A stretch of DNA of 64,000 bases from Octopus sinensis (lineage: Eukaryota), in NCBI RefSeq assembly GCF_006345805.1, contig NC_043008.1, forward strand, positions 73,284,001 to 73,348,000. Reading direction: 5' to 3'. Shown here one piece after another: positions 1 to 12,829 of the stretch. The translations under genes and the position numbers were made by a program. The notes beneath the pieces were generated by a model. The model ran no database searches, was not told the origin of the DNA, and saw only the letters and a program-made list of their open reading frames with translations. The stretch's first letter is position 1. Each line of letters opens with the position of its first letter.

Positions 1-161
1 CCATCAGCAGTTGACACAAAATTCTCTTGGCACAGATCCATGGTCTTTTGAGACTGATAGATGCCTATCTATCTCTTTTTCTTTCTGTCTAAATTATATA
101 TATGTACATGCACATACACACACACACACATTCTATATAAATATATATGTATATATATATG

Positions 162-193
<32 letters not shown>

Positions 194-235
194 ATAATAA
201 ATCTCTGAGCGAGATATAAACAGTAATTGCTCTAT

Positions 236-653
236 CACATAAGGGGGATCAGCCATCAGAATGTGGCTAGGGACAGGGCAGGGTGGTGGAGGTATTACCG
301 ATGCATTTAGCCCCAGGCGATCATCGACGTCACCAGAAGGGCCGACACCATCTCGGTGTCCTTGCCAGCCTGCAAAGGGAGATCAGCCTCCCCGAAGATA
401 CGGATACTACATACGGACCGGTTTCGAGGTTATTGCCTCTTGTCAACGCATGGCAAGTACCGTTCTTCATTGAGGGACTTCCTCTACAGGCTGGATATAT
501 AGGGATTCTCCCTTTGCAGGCTGGCAAGGACACTGAGATGGTGTCGGCCCTTCTGGTGACGTCGATGATTGCCTGGGGCTAAATGCATCAGTAACACCCC
601 CACCACCCTGCCCTGTCCCTAGCCACATTCTGATGGCTGATCCTCCTTATGTG
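236..653. mobile_element. Non-autonomous fold-back DNA transposon (MITE) with ~147-bp terminal inverted repeats and CAC...GTG ends
   Basis: 236-382 (CACATAAGGGGGATCAGCC...GCAAAGGGAGA) is the reverse complement of 507-653 with a handful of transitions; TAT flanks both ends (candidate 3-bp TSD); GC-rich relative to flanks. Confidence 0.8.
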
Positions 654-912
654 TATATCTATATATATATGTATATGAGAAAAGATCATGGGCATATCTT
701 GGTACTCTTTTATTCAAATTGTTTATATGTATCAGTATTCAGCAACACATGATACCATTCTACAGATGGAATCAGTGGATGTACCTATTAGGGTCAACAT
801 GAAGGAAATACATTGTCAGTCAACTGAGAAAGAAATACAAATTAGAGACAAGCAGCAACCAAATTTAAACACATCAGAGGCACATAGTAGAGAGGGAGGA
901 GGTGGAGATATG

Positions 913-1345
913 TATGAGGGGAAGTCAAAAATTATCCGTACTTTCACCATAACATATATTTATTATTGTTACACTACCTTCTGTGTATTCACGTTTATAG
1001 TTGATGTTATTGTTGTTACGTGATTGAAGTTTGAACCTGATCATGCTATTTTTCTTTCTGGTTTTATAGTGTAAGCATGGCCACTCCACTAGCAATGTGT
1101 ACCATAGAAGAACAAAGACCAGTGATACGATTTCTCTGGTTGAAAAGTGTCAGATGCTGAAATACACTGGTGGCTTTTAGCACAATACAGGGCTAGTGCA
1201 CTGCTACAGAGAAATGTGTTTGAGTGGATTGAGAAGTTTAAAAATGACTGGACAAGCATAATGCATGAAGAGGAAGCAGGACACCTGTCAACCTCCACCA
1301 CTGACAAGAAGATTCAGCAAGCTTGAGAGGTGGTAAGGGTGAACC
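913..1345 (+). mobile_element. 5' fragment of a mariner transposon (left TIR plus decayed transposase N-terminus)
   Basis: TATGAGGGGAAGTCAAAAATTATCCG mariner-type end; from ATG 1077 reads MATPLAMCTIEEQRPVIRFLW, then after frameshifts VFEWIEKFKN and EEAGHLSTSTTD, typical of the mariner HTH region. Confidence 0.75.
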
Positions 1346-4172
1346 AGTTCACCCTTACCACCTCTTGGATCATGTCTCGGTGAATATGAAAGACAGTCTT
1401 GCATTCATGACTGCAACACACAAATCATTGGGCCATACATTTTCATGTACCATATGTATATATTATATGTGAATATATATATGCACATCCATATATACAT
1501 ATACACATACACATGTATGTACATATGTGTATAAGGTGGTTTTATGCACTCAGTTATTCATAATGTGTGTACATATGTATGTGTGTGTGTGTGTGTGTGT
1601 ATTCATGTATGTGTTTTTGTATGTATGATAAACATAAATATGTGTCTTAGTGAAATCTAGATATGTGATTAAGCAACATGTTCAATCTCTAGGACCAGGA
1701 GTGGAGTACCTTTGAGTAGTTTCATCAGTATTTATTGTCTCATCACAGTAAATACCAATTCCACAGTGTGGCACTATGTTATTGCTTATATATCATCAGT
1801 AACATTATCAGTATCTGCTTTAGTTGGGAAGAACTCATCCAAAAATTGTTTGACGTATCGTGCAAGAACTGATCTTATTTTCAGCAGTTCTTGAAATTGT
1901 AATTTTTGCCTCACATTCTCAGTTAGGACACTTATCAGCATTATCTTTCAAATTTTCCTCTGTAAGTGCTAACACTGTCACCATATTTTTTGCAATCCAC
2001 TGAAGCTCGTTCCTGTTCTGTGAACATCAGCTCTTTTCTGTTTGTTTTTATTCAGCCATTCTGTCATCTTCAAAACCTGCATCATTTACCAGTCACACAA
2101 TAATTTTCTGAACCCAACATAGACCTGATGGTGGAAAACCTGTGAAAGGACTGATAAATTTTGCCATATGTGTGTTTCAGCCCATTCGTAGCAGAGACTT
2201 TCATCTCAACCAATGCCTCAGCTATTTTATCCAAAGCATCAATAATATTGAATTTTTTCCACTAATAGGTTTATCAATATCCTTAATTGCTCTTGTGTAT
2301 GTATACAAAAGTACATCTAGTGAAAGAACAGATGGACGTGGCTAATCACTTTCAATTAATACAAACAAAAAGTACAAGGGTTTATGTAGGCCAGTCTAAT
2401 TGCCTGTTACTCTTAAGATTCCTCGGGGTGTTGTCAGTTTTATCATCCATTCCCCTGTGGATCTATTTACAAATTAACTGGCTGAGCAGGCCTAAAAATA
2501 AATATATTGGTCACAAACCCAATGTAGAGTTTTAAGGTATGAACCATCAACTACTGTTAGCAGGCATGGCATTAACTATTCTAAAACACCTGTAGTCTGA
2601 CATGCTTGTTATTGTACTCATTTTAATTTTTTACTGAAACACATCAATTTATTAATGAATTTTTAAAACATATCGAAGTGTCAACAATTTGAAAATTTAA
2701 TGAAATTTACAATTGGAAATTAATTTGGGAAAATATGTTAACATAAAAAAAATAAAAAACAAACAAAAAAGTGATAAAAGCAAAATGTCCTGCAATCAAT
2801 CAAAAAGAGATTGATGGTGAGTGAGAGTGATCAACCGTCTAGATGTGAAATTTTATTTACTCAGTTTCTCATTACAACAGAGAGAACACGTTCTTAAAAT
2901 AATATCTTCATGAACCAAACCGTCAAAATAAAGACATAATTCTTAGTAAATATAGACCATCTAATTTGTCTCTATAAACATGAATTAGCTTATCCAATTT
3001 ATCTTTATCTGCAAATATTGGTTGTCAAATAAAGCTAATTTACAAATATTTGTTTAATTAACTTCATAAATTGGCTTTATTTGTTTCTCAGTGAAATAAA
3101 TCTACCTTTAAACTGTGATTAGTGGTAATTGCTACATTAGACATAGATATGGACTAGAAGAGCAATCTCGTTTTTGTGCTATCCTTTTTAACAGGGTCTG
3201 CTTTTAGAGTGAGTATGTATTTGTGTAAGTGAATGGTAGGATAAATCATACACGATGTGTGTATGTATGTGTGAATTATATATGTCTACAAGAATGTGTA
3301 TGTATGTTGTGCTGAAAGTAATATAGGTCATCAAATGTTGATAACATTGATGTAAATTCAATCTACTTTAACAGCTGTTCCTTCACCTGTTGCCAGAGCA
3401 CCATGGTCATTGGGGAAATTGGTATTTCAGATTTATTGTTCCATCTTGGTGTATTGGGACAGATTGACAGTTAGATAAATTGAGCATCCTTACTTAAATG
3501 GTACTTTATTTTATTGACCAAGGAATGTTGTAAGAGAAAGTTGATCTGGGCAAGATCTGGACTCAGTACATAAAGAACCAGATCAAGTATTGCAAAATAA
3601 ATTTGTCCAACACTTTAATGATTCAACCATTCGGGCATCTTTGAATGCTGATCTGGGTAAACATTTTAATTGTTTCACACACAACTTCAACTTAGATTGT
3701 TGGTCAGTTTTCAATTGAGGAGCTTCTGCAGCCATATGTATAAGATACATGTATGTTGATAGGGCCAAGTATCACCGGTCAGTGTTTTAGCTCTATTTCC
3801 CTCTTTGTTTACAAACTGCATGCATAAAAACAGTTAATCTGTTTCATTTGTCAGTGGAAGGTTCATAAGTCAGAACAAAGATCATGTAGAGTTGGTATAT
3901 TATTAAAACAAAATTGTAAATTATTGATCTTAATGTATTTGACCTTGATGTGTAGAGCCTGGGTTTTTGGACTGAGAATTACCACATGAAACAGTTCTCA
4001 GAAAAGGCAAAACTTGAAATTATGAACTTGGAACATTAAGATTCACAAAGAAAATAGTATGAGTGCTTCAAAAGTTGACTCTCCACACTATTCTTTTTTT
4101 TTTCTACTGTTATCAAAAATCTTTTGAGTTTTTGAGTATATATTATCTTTTACACCTTCAGTACCTGGATAT

Positions 4173-4506
4173 GGTAATGTGAAGGCACATGGCTTAGTGG
4201 TTAGAGCATTCGATTCACAATTGTAAGGTTGTGATTTCAATTTCTGGCAATGCGTTGTGTCCTTGAGTGAGACACTTTATTTCACATTGCTCCAGTCCAC
4301 TCAGCTGGCAAAAATGAGTTGCACCTGTATTTCAAAGGGCCAGCCTTGTCACACTTTATGTCATGCTGAATCTCCCTAAGAACTCTGTTAGGGGTACACG
4401 TGTTTGTGGAGTGCTCAGCTACTTGCACGTTAATTTCACAAGCAAGTTGTTCTGTTGATCATATCAATTAGGACCCTCATTGTCGCAACCGACAGAGTAC
4501 TCCTAT
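4173..4506 (+). mobile_element. tRNA-derived SINE (head A, body 1, tail X)
   Basis: A-box-like TGGCTTAGTGGTTAGAGC head; body TGTGTCCTTGAG..ACACTTTATTTCAC; 11-bp TSD TACCTGGATAT at 4162-4172 and 4507-4517. Confidence 0.85.
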
Positions 4507-4831
4507 TACCTGGATATACACTTCTGGCTGACTATATCTGCTATTTGATTATCCTTGCAGATGAAGAAGACTAATTATATCCAAAGTGGCTGATAATATT
4601 ACGACCATAAATGCTTCCTTTTACTATATTGGATTAGTAATCCCCCACCACCACCACCATTCTGTTTTTCTTATACTGAGTGTGCTCTTTTCTTCTCACT
4701 CATGAATTCTTCATAGACAAATTACATACCCACTTTTGATGTACAATATAATATAATAGGCCACTAACTAGGTTGTGTTTTATAGCTGTGTTTTTTTATA
4801 CTGTGCTGTACATAACCACAAAATATGTGCT

Positions 4832-4833
4832 TG

Positions 4834-4864
<31 letters not shown>

Positions 4865-4912
4865 TGTGTGTGTGTGTGGTGTGTGTGTGTGTGCATGTGT
4901 GAGTGCATGTGT

Positions 4913-4953
<41 letters not shown>
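4832..4953. repeat. (TG)n microsatellite
   Basis: Directly visible, slightly interrupted TG run. Confidence 0.95.
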
Positions 4954-4957
<4 letters not shown>

Positions 4958-5627
4958 AACAGCTATGAATATTTATATCCTTGACTATTCCAAATTCTGC
5001 CTGTGAAGTTTATTCAAGGACACTTCTGAAGAAGATAATCAATCCCATCAGGTTAATTAAATATAAAGCAGTCTTCTTTGATCAGGGTCAACCACCTCAA
5101 ACTCTGAGCACTTTGGAATTAAGTCTTGAAGATAACCATCTATGTTCAGAATATTGGAAGCCTTTGAAACAAAAGTCTTACACTTGATGCCCAAGCTAAA
5201 ATTTTGTGCTCCATGACACAGAATAAACGTTGTGTAAATATTCCTAAAAATATAGCCAAATTCACCATACTTAAATGGCTTGGAAATGGCCTTTGAAAGT
5301 TTGTGGGAATGCATGAAAATAATGTTGCTGACAAATAATCATCCAGTACAAAAAACTTTAGTAGAGACTGTCAAGGATGGATAACATATTAAAGAAATTT
5401 TATAGGAATATTGTGAGTGTCTTATAGTTATCTTGCCTTATATATTTAAGCAGTCATGAAGGCAGAGGTTGAACTTACACAAAAATAATTTATAGTGACA
5501 TCTCAAAACATGTTTTCATAACAATTAATGCCTTAAAGTGTGTATTAAATTCTCTTTTCATTTTTGCTAAAAGTTTTAAGACTTGTGTGTGTATTATGTA
5601 TGCTTGTTTATTAATTTAAAATTGTTT

Positions 5628-5834
5628 AATATAAGGTATATTTCCATTTTTGCCTCACTACAGAATGTAAACAAGTGTAAACAAATGCTTGTATGCCTGA
5701 ATCTTGATGTAGGCAGAAAAATTTGCCTTTGTCCTAAACAATCCCAAATTTTCCTGCCAATGGGAGATAGAATTATTTGTTTGCACTTGTTTACATTTTG
5801 CAGAGCAGCTAAAATTGTAGGTATACCTTATATT
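5628..5834. mobile_element. Palindromic MITE-like element
   Basis: AATATAAGGTATA...AATGTAAACAAGTGTAAACAAAT is mirrored by ATTTGTTTGCACTTGTTTACATT...TATACCTTATATT; inner GCAGAAAAATTTG/CAAATTTTCCTGC is also inverted. Confidence 0.65.
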
Positions 5835-6088
5835 ATTTATCTCTAAAAAGCTTTTTGGGAAAGATATACTGCTTTCTCATTAAAAATACAACCCTTGTAA
5901 ACCAAACGAATCAAAGGACATTTTTATTTTATTTTTTTTTTTAGTTAACTCAAAATTAAACAGTATTTCAAGAAAATATATAATTACTGTATCTAAATAG
6001 AAAATATACTATTGATTTCGTTTTTGCATTTGGTTTGCAAGATTCTTTATGTGAATTTGTGTTTCAAAACAAATTTTGTTGTATTGAG

Positions 6089-6391
6089 GGAGAGTCATCA
6101 TGCCAAGTTTATTAACACATGCACTGGTTCGAATCCACTCCTTTATTATTAGTCAACTGGTTAAATATTCAACTAACTAATCAATTGTGTGTTTAATTTG
6201 AAATCAAAAGCCATTGGAAAGGTTGTAAGTAGCAACAAAAGAGCTTTGAGAATCAAAACAAAACAAATGACTCACTGTTTAACCAAATTAATCAAACACT
6301 CTATTAGTTAGACATTTAACCAATTGACTAATAATAAAGGAGTGGAATTGGACTAGTGTGTGTGGTAATAATATTGGCATAATGACTCTCC
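6089..6391. mobile_element. MITE-like element with ~110-bp degenerate inverted repeats
   Basis: GGAGAGTCATCATGCCAA...TCCACTCCTTTATTATTAGTCAA is mirrored by TTGACTAATAATAAAGGAGTGGA...TTGGCATAATGACTCTCC. Confidence 0.7.
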
Positions 6392-6578
6392 ATAGATAAA
6401 ACGAATTGTTCTGGTATAATTTTCACTGAACTTAGAAATAAATTACTCAACTATATTGGAGACTTTCAGTTACAAATATTAGTACATCGATTACTGTTAT
6501 ATATTTTTTATGGACTTTCTCTTCGAATCATCATTATCATCATCACCATCACCATCATCATCATCATCATCATCATTA

Positions 6579-7065
6579 AGGTGGTGATCTGGCAGAATCG
6601 TTAACAAACTGGACAAAATACTTTGTGGCATTTTGTCCGTCTTTATGTTCTGAGTTCATATGCTGCCAAGGTTGACTTTGCGTTTAATCTGGCACCTTGA
6701 GCAAGTGTCTTCTGCTATAGCCTCAAGCCGACCAAAGTCTTGTGAGTGGATTTGGTACACAGAAACTGAAAGATGCCCATTGTATATATGTACATGTGTG
6801 TATATGTTTGTGTGTCTGTGTTTGTCCCCTCAACATTGTTCGACTACCAATGCTGGTGTGTTTATATCCCTGTAACTTAGCGGCTTGGCAAAAGAAACCG
6901 ATAGAATAAGTACTAGGCTTACAAAAATAAGTCCAGGGGTCGATTTGCTTGACTAAACAAGTAAAAGAATAACATATGTACTAGTTAAGTACGGGGGTCA
7001 ATGTAATTGACTAGCCCCATCCACCAAAGTTTCAGGCTTTGTGCCTAAAGTGTGAAATGATTATT
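6579..7065 (+). mobile_element. Nested SINEs: GGCAGAATCGTTAGC-family SINE interrupted by a SINE with an internal (TA/TG) microsatellite
   Basis: Head 6579-6685 and tail 6985-7065 match the family at 38148 and 44635; the intervening 6690-6960 matches 38880-39260. Confidence 0.7.
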
Positions 7066-9511
7066 ATCTTTATCATTATAAATGTTCACTTCTCTCATGT
7101 TTATTACACACTGTCACTGCACTATCTTGAGATATTCTCTTTTTTTTATCATTTTCCAGATGTGATGTTATTACTTTAAGCCTTCTAGAACTTACTTATT
7201 AGTCTCTTTTCCATTCTACTGGAACGTCTATCCTAACTGCTCTCTCAGTTGAGTTGTGATGTGTATAATTACCCCATTAATTGTTACTAAATTATTTGTG
7301 AACGTCTTATGCTATATCTATCTGTTAAATTTATGAAAAACTATACAGATACAATCTACATCACGTGCTATGGTTTGAAAAATTCCACACTACTATTTTG
7401 TAGAAATCCATTTGAAACTTAAGAAAGAAAAAAATCGGTAGTGCTAAAAGCCTTCCACAGCCTAACCCCTCTGCATTCTACTCAGACACAATCCAAATTT
7501 TCATTTAGGATATGATTCCATCCATGCACTAACTCTAGAAAGAGGAATGTTACTAAGAACATTTCTATGGGCATGTAGAAATCTGCTCATCTGGGAGCTC
7601 TTGGGACATAAATGAGCACCAAAATTAAGACATTACCAATACTCTTACCTCAGATCTACAATCTAAAAATAACAGTTTTATCTGGTGCTTTAGAAAGAGA
7701 AAAAAGGAATTTAAAACCTAGTATGTAATATAGAAAGATTACAAGAGGTTTAAAACTAATGAGAAGGAGCACAAAAGGTTTGACTTTAGTAAATAGTTTA
7801 GAAGGTACACAAGAAGTAAACTCTTTCTGTACCTTCTAACTTTCAATGTTCTGACTGTGATTTAAAAATACCAAGTACATGCAACCCTAAAACTCTGGTT
7901 TATTTCAGGGCTAAGGGTTTGCATCTAAATTTAGTAACTTGAGGTCATCTAGTACATGATCATTCATCCAGTGTATCAGGCATGTTTGAAAAGAGAAGCC
8001 TATTTATACTACTGTTCTAGTCAGGTGCAGTGTTTCAGGGAACTTTTCATAATTTTGGTTGTTGGGAATTTTCCTAAATGGCCTTATATCCATAGGGAAT
8101 TTCTCCCTAAATCTTTTGTAAACTTCTGATGAGAACAGTACCGAGAGTTGTTTTTTTAAAACTTTGTATACATTTTGTTTACATCCTCATTCTATGTAAT
8201 TTTATGCTGTTATTTTATTTGTATTTTAATTATTTTCACTCACTTCCACATGTTTCTTACAAACAACAATACAGTCACAGAGTGTTTGTTGTTATTGTTG
8301 TTATTGCTATCATTATTCTCAGTATTTTTGCTGATATTGTTCTTTTATGTTTCCTGTTTTTGCTGTTGCTTTTCTTTCCATTCTGGTTGTTGTTGTAGTA
8401 GTTGTTAGTGTGGCTGTTTTATAATAAAACATTTTGCAGTGTAGCTTTTGTGTCAAATGCTGATATTTTGAAAAGACCCATTAAAATAATTCTTCCAATG
8501 AATTCAGTGTAACCAGTTTGAATCTAATGAAAGAACAGAATGATATCAAAGTAATGTCAATGTACTTCATATTCAACAGTGACATTCTCTGTAGAATAAT
8601 CAAAGACATTTCACTTTGAATCACTGCTTAATTATTAAAACTTTCAATAAAAAAATAAAAAAACAATGAAAGGAAATAGAACATCATTTTAGCAACAGTT
8701 TTCTGCTTGATTTCTGTCATTTTACAGCTAAATTATAGGAATTATACTTAGTTTTAAAATGATTTTGCAAACATTTCCATGAAGACAATTGATTATATTT
8801 GTTCTTTTTAATTAAATAACATAAACATCTACATATTACTCTGACATTTCACTGATACACTGATATTTTACTGCTCATTTTCTGTCCATTTTCTTGTTTT
8901 GCAGTTTTAGAAACCCTGGAGGTTCCATCCTCCTGAAAGTTGAAGTTGACTATTCCAAATCATACTGAAGCATGTGATATATCTATATCCAAATTTATGT
9001 AGTTGAAACCACTGTGTTGTAACTAATGGGTAGGGGTTGCAGTAAATAGAAACACCAATCTCAGTCCCCCAAATAGTATTGCTGAATAGCTACATTATTT
9101 GATATAAAATATTCTAAGAACCACCTTTTGAGTCTAAATTGAACAGCTGGTCCACTAGATCTTGATTGTAAGATAATCAGTTACATCACTGGATTCATTA
9201 CAACCCTCACCTATCTATTGACAGCATTGCCAATTTTGCTACAGCACCTGCTTGTCACTCAGTTGTGTCACAAATTATACTCCAAGGCAACAAGGGATAC
9301 CTATGAAGTTCAAATCCTGGCATTAGCCTGCTGCTCTATCTTATGTTCCACTTTGGTGTGAATACTTTCTAACATCATTTACACTGAAATTTTAGAAATA
9401 ATGAACATATATTCCTTTGGTTTGTAATGACAATTTTAAATGATTCTCTAGAAAACTCTGCTTCTGATTGATATATTAGATTCTTAAATAGAATTATAGA
9501 TATATATATAG

Positions 9512-9546
<35 letters not shown>

Positions 9547-11199
9547 CATACACACATAGATCTATAAAAATTCATACTATTCCACATGCCTATGAGATTA
9601 TGGGTCTTTATTACATACAGGCCACTGGATTGACTAAGATGAACTAATGCAGTCTATGTTTGTACTATTAGGTACTTCTTTCAGTTTTTACTTATGAATG
9701 AATGTATGTTTGTATGCATGTATGTAAGTATATATGTGTATGTATATATGTATGTTTGTATGTATGCATAACTTTATAGAATGCCAAATGCTAAACAATC
9801 ATTATAAATGTTTAGAGTATAAATGTAATCAATTACTGAGAATTATCTATTTCATAATAGTGCTCAACGCAGCAATAACACTGATTGAAAGGAGTTCAGG
9901 AGAGTGTTTGGTGTATTAAAGTAAAAAAAAAGTGTATGGTAGTGTCTCACATATCATATAGGAAATTTCAATGTGATCATCCATGTAATTAGTAGATAAA
10001 ATCTTGACTTAGATGTGTTTGAATGGTAAAAGACAGTTGCAATGTTTATATTCTAGTATAAAATGCTGAAACCTACAGGTAAAACACACCTAGTGGTGTA
10101 CTAATACATGTAGATGTGAGATGTGATTTCATGAAATGTGGAAGAAGTGAGTGCCAAAACCATTCTTAGATTATTCTAATATGTTAAAGATATTTTACTG
10201 TTAATAAAACCAGATAAAAATGAAAATTCTTCAAAAAGCCACAAAACCAGGAACAAATCACTCATTTATCTGTAGCATTGTGTAGATGCAGGGTGAACAG
10301 CTTTTCTGGATGTGATGATAGACTATCAGGGAGATTAAATTCCAAATCAACATTGCAAACTAACGAAACACTCTTGATGCCACAATGCAGTATTTGTGAC
10401 ATGTACCACATGATCATAAACACAACATTAACTTCATAAGGTGGTATACTTCATTTTTTACAGCAATAGAATACACCACGTAACCTGTGACATGAAGTAT
10501 GTGATGGTAAAACCTTGTGACATGAAGTATGTGATGGTAAAATTACAGCCACCAAAAGGTCAGTTCATTATTTCCTGCTTATCGTCTCATTTAAAATTTT
10601 AATGCTACTAGATATTCAAATTATGTGCACTCACTTTATATGTCTCTTTCCTTTTCTTTCATCTTAGCTTCCTTTATTTTACTTTTTAATATAGTTTCCT
10701 TTATTTTTATGACCACCTAGTTTAAATCATCTCCCTATACACATCTAAAAGTCTCATTTATTGTTTTCTTTCTTTTATCAGCTCCCTTATATTTAGTCCT
10801 CCTAATATTGCCTTTATTTCACTAACTTCATACATCCCCTCTATTCAGCCATTTCCCTTCATATTATTTCCTTACAGTTCACTATAAACTGCCATCTATC
10901 AATTTACTTCCATATTCTTGCATCACAGTCTTCTGCCTTTAAGTATTTTAACCCTTTTCCCCCATCCTCTGGTACTTCCATAACATGTATTTCTATCATA
11001 AAAATCCTTAATCCAATTCTTTAGGAATCGAATGTATTTCAATATGCTTCATTAACTTTTATTATCACCCAAATGGATGGCTTCCTGTAACTCTTATTTT
11101 TATTTCATTTCAATTTACTGTCTGTTAATTATGTTTTCATGATTTACAATTTTAATGATTTGGTCAAGAATAATTTTAAAATTTCCTCTTGGCATTTTA

Positions 11200-11985
11200 G
11201 CAAACTGTGAAGAGAACTATGTGGATTAATGTATAATAATACTGAAGGAGAGATGGAGTATAAACACCAGTAACACTATTACTAACAGCTGCTGCAAGAG
11301 CAGAAACTACAATTTCAACTGTGTCATCGACATTAACACCAAAAGTAATTAGAGCAACAACAACTGTAAAAACAGCAATGAAATGAGTAATATCACAAAT
11401 ACCACCACTGACATCCTTACCAACTACAAAAGCAACGAAAAGAACAGCCACAGTGACAAATGACACAACAAACCCAACACTACCATCAGCAATAGCAGAA
11501 AAATTATAAAATTTACAAAAACAAATGCATCTATCATAATTTCAAATACAACAATAACAACTACAGCTACAACAACTGTAGGTGTAACAAATTCAAATGC
11601 AACAACAACATTTAGAGCTACAACAACTACAGAAATAACACCTACTGCATGTAGGATAACTTCACCTGCACTAATAACTGCAGCCACAACAACAATTGCA
11701 GGTATAACAAATTGCAATAGTAACAATAACAGCAACAAAAACAACATTTGTCACAACAATAAGAAAAGCTAAAAGAACAACTGCTTGTACAATCACTTTA
11801 ACTGCCCTGATAACAACAGCAGCTAAAACTGCAAGAATAGCAATTTCTGATGCAACAATTATAACAGAAACAACTGCAGCTAAAACTTCCACTGTAGCTA
11901 CTACAATGACTTTAGCTTCAACAGCAGCAGCAGCTAAAACAACATCAACAACTGCAGCTACCAGAAAAACCATGATTAGGAGTTG
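11200..11985 (+). pseudogene. Decayed Thr/Ala-rich mucin-like coding exon
   Basis: Follows a TTTTAG acceptor; + strand reads AETTISTVSSTLTPK, TTITTTATTTVGVTNSNATTTFRATTTTE and AAKTSTVATTMTLASTAAAAKTTSTTAAT with at least two frameshifts and stops. Confidence 0.45.
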
Positions 11986-12829
11986 AATTGTTTTTTCTGC
12001 CATGAATAATGTAGAATTATTGGTAAATCTACGTTAGATTGGCCCCTTTTTGTGGAACGCCTCTTGAAGGTTGGTTGAACAGTAGCATTTAGGAAGAAAA
12101 TTAAATTGATTCCATGCAATGAAGAATGGTTTCACTGGCAAATCATAATTACTGCCTCCATTTTAAATTTATTTATTGTTGGATAATTTGATATTTTGAA
12201 AAAAAAATTTAAATAGAAGGTATTTTTTTCCAAGTTATTTATTCATTTCTACATAAGGCATGGAGGAGGAAGCAAAGAATGGAAAATATAAAAGAGCACT
12301 GGATTAAATAATTTTTTCCTGTTTAGTTTCTGAGTTATTCATTCTGAATTCAAATTTTACCAGAATCAACTGCATACTTCTATATTTTATTGGTCAGGGT
12401 TTGATACAATAATATACCAAATATATACTGGAGTCAGTTTATTTGGTCATGTCTCACATTCCTAAAGCTCTATAGATTTATATTACCTGAGAAACTCCTT
12501 GCAAATGTATGGCTCTACTGGTGGATGTAGGGACTTTGACACTATATTCTTCTGTGTTTTCAAAATATTTAAAGACTTTGGGGATAAGCCACAAAAGTCA
12601 CCAAGCCTTGCAAGAGAGCTAACTTGATTAAAGGCACCAAAAGGTAAGACAATTGTGTTTTTATGAAATGGAGTGCTGTGCCTACCCAAAGAAGATGAGT
12701 ATTAACAGAAATATGTCATATCTTGCAAAGACACACAGTTTAGTGGATTAAATCAAATTTAGTACACGACTGGTACTTTATTAATCTCAGATGGATGAAA
12801 GGCAAAATTGACCACAGCAGAGAAGGTGT

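Noticed and set aside
1790-2070. Possible Tc1/mariner N-terminal relic on the minus strand (MFTEQERAS...)
   Set aside because: Too degraded; no TIR pair or catalytic motif could be confirmed.
11197-12003. Val/Ala-rich, membrane-protein-looking ORFs on the minus strand
   Set aside because: They are the antisense shadow of ACA/GCA-rich + strand sequence.
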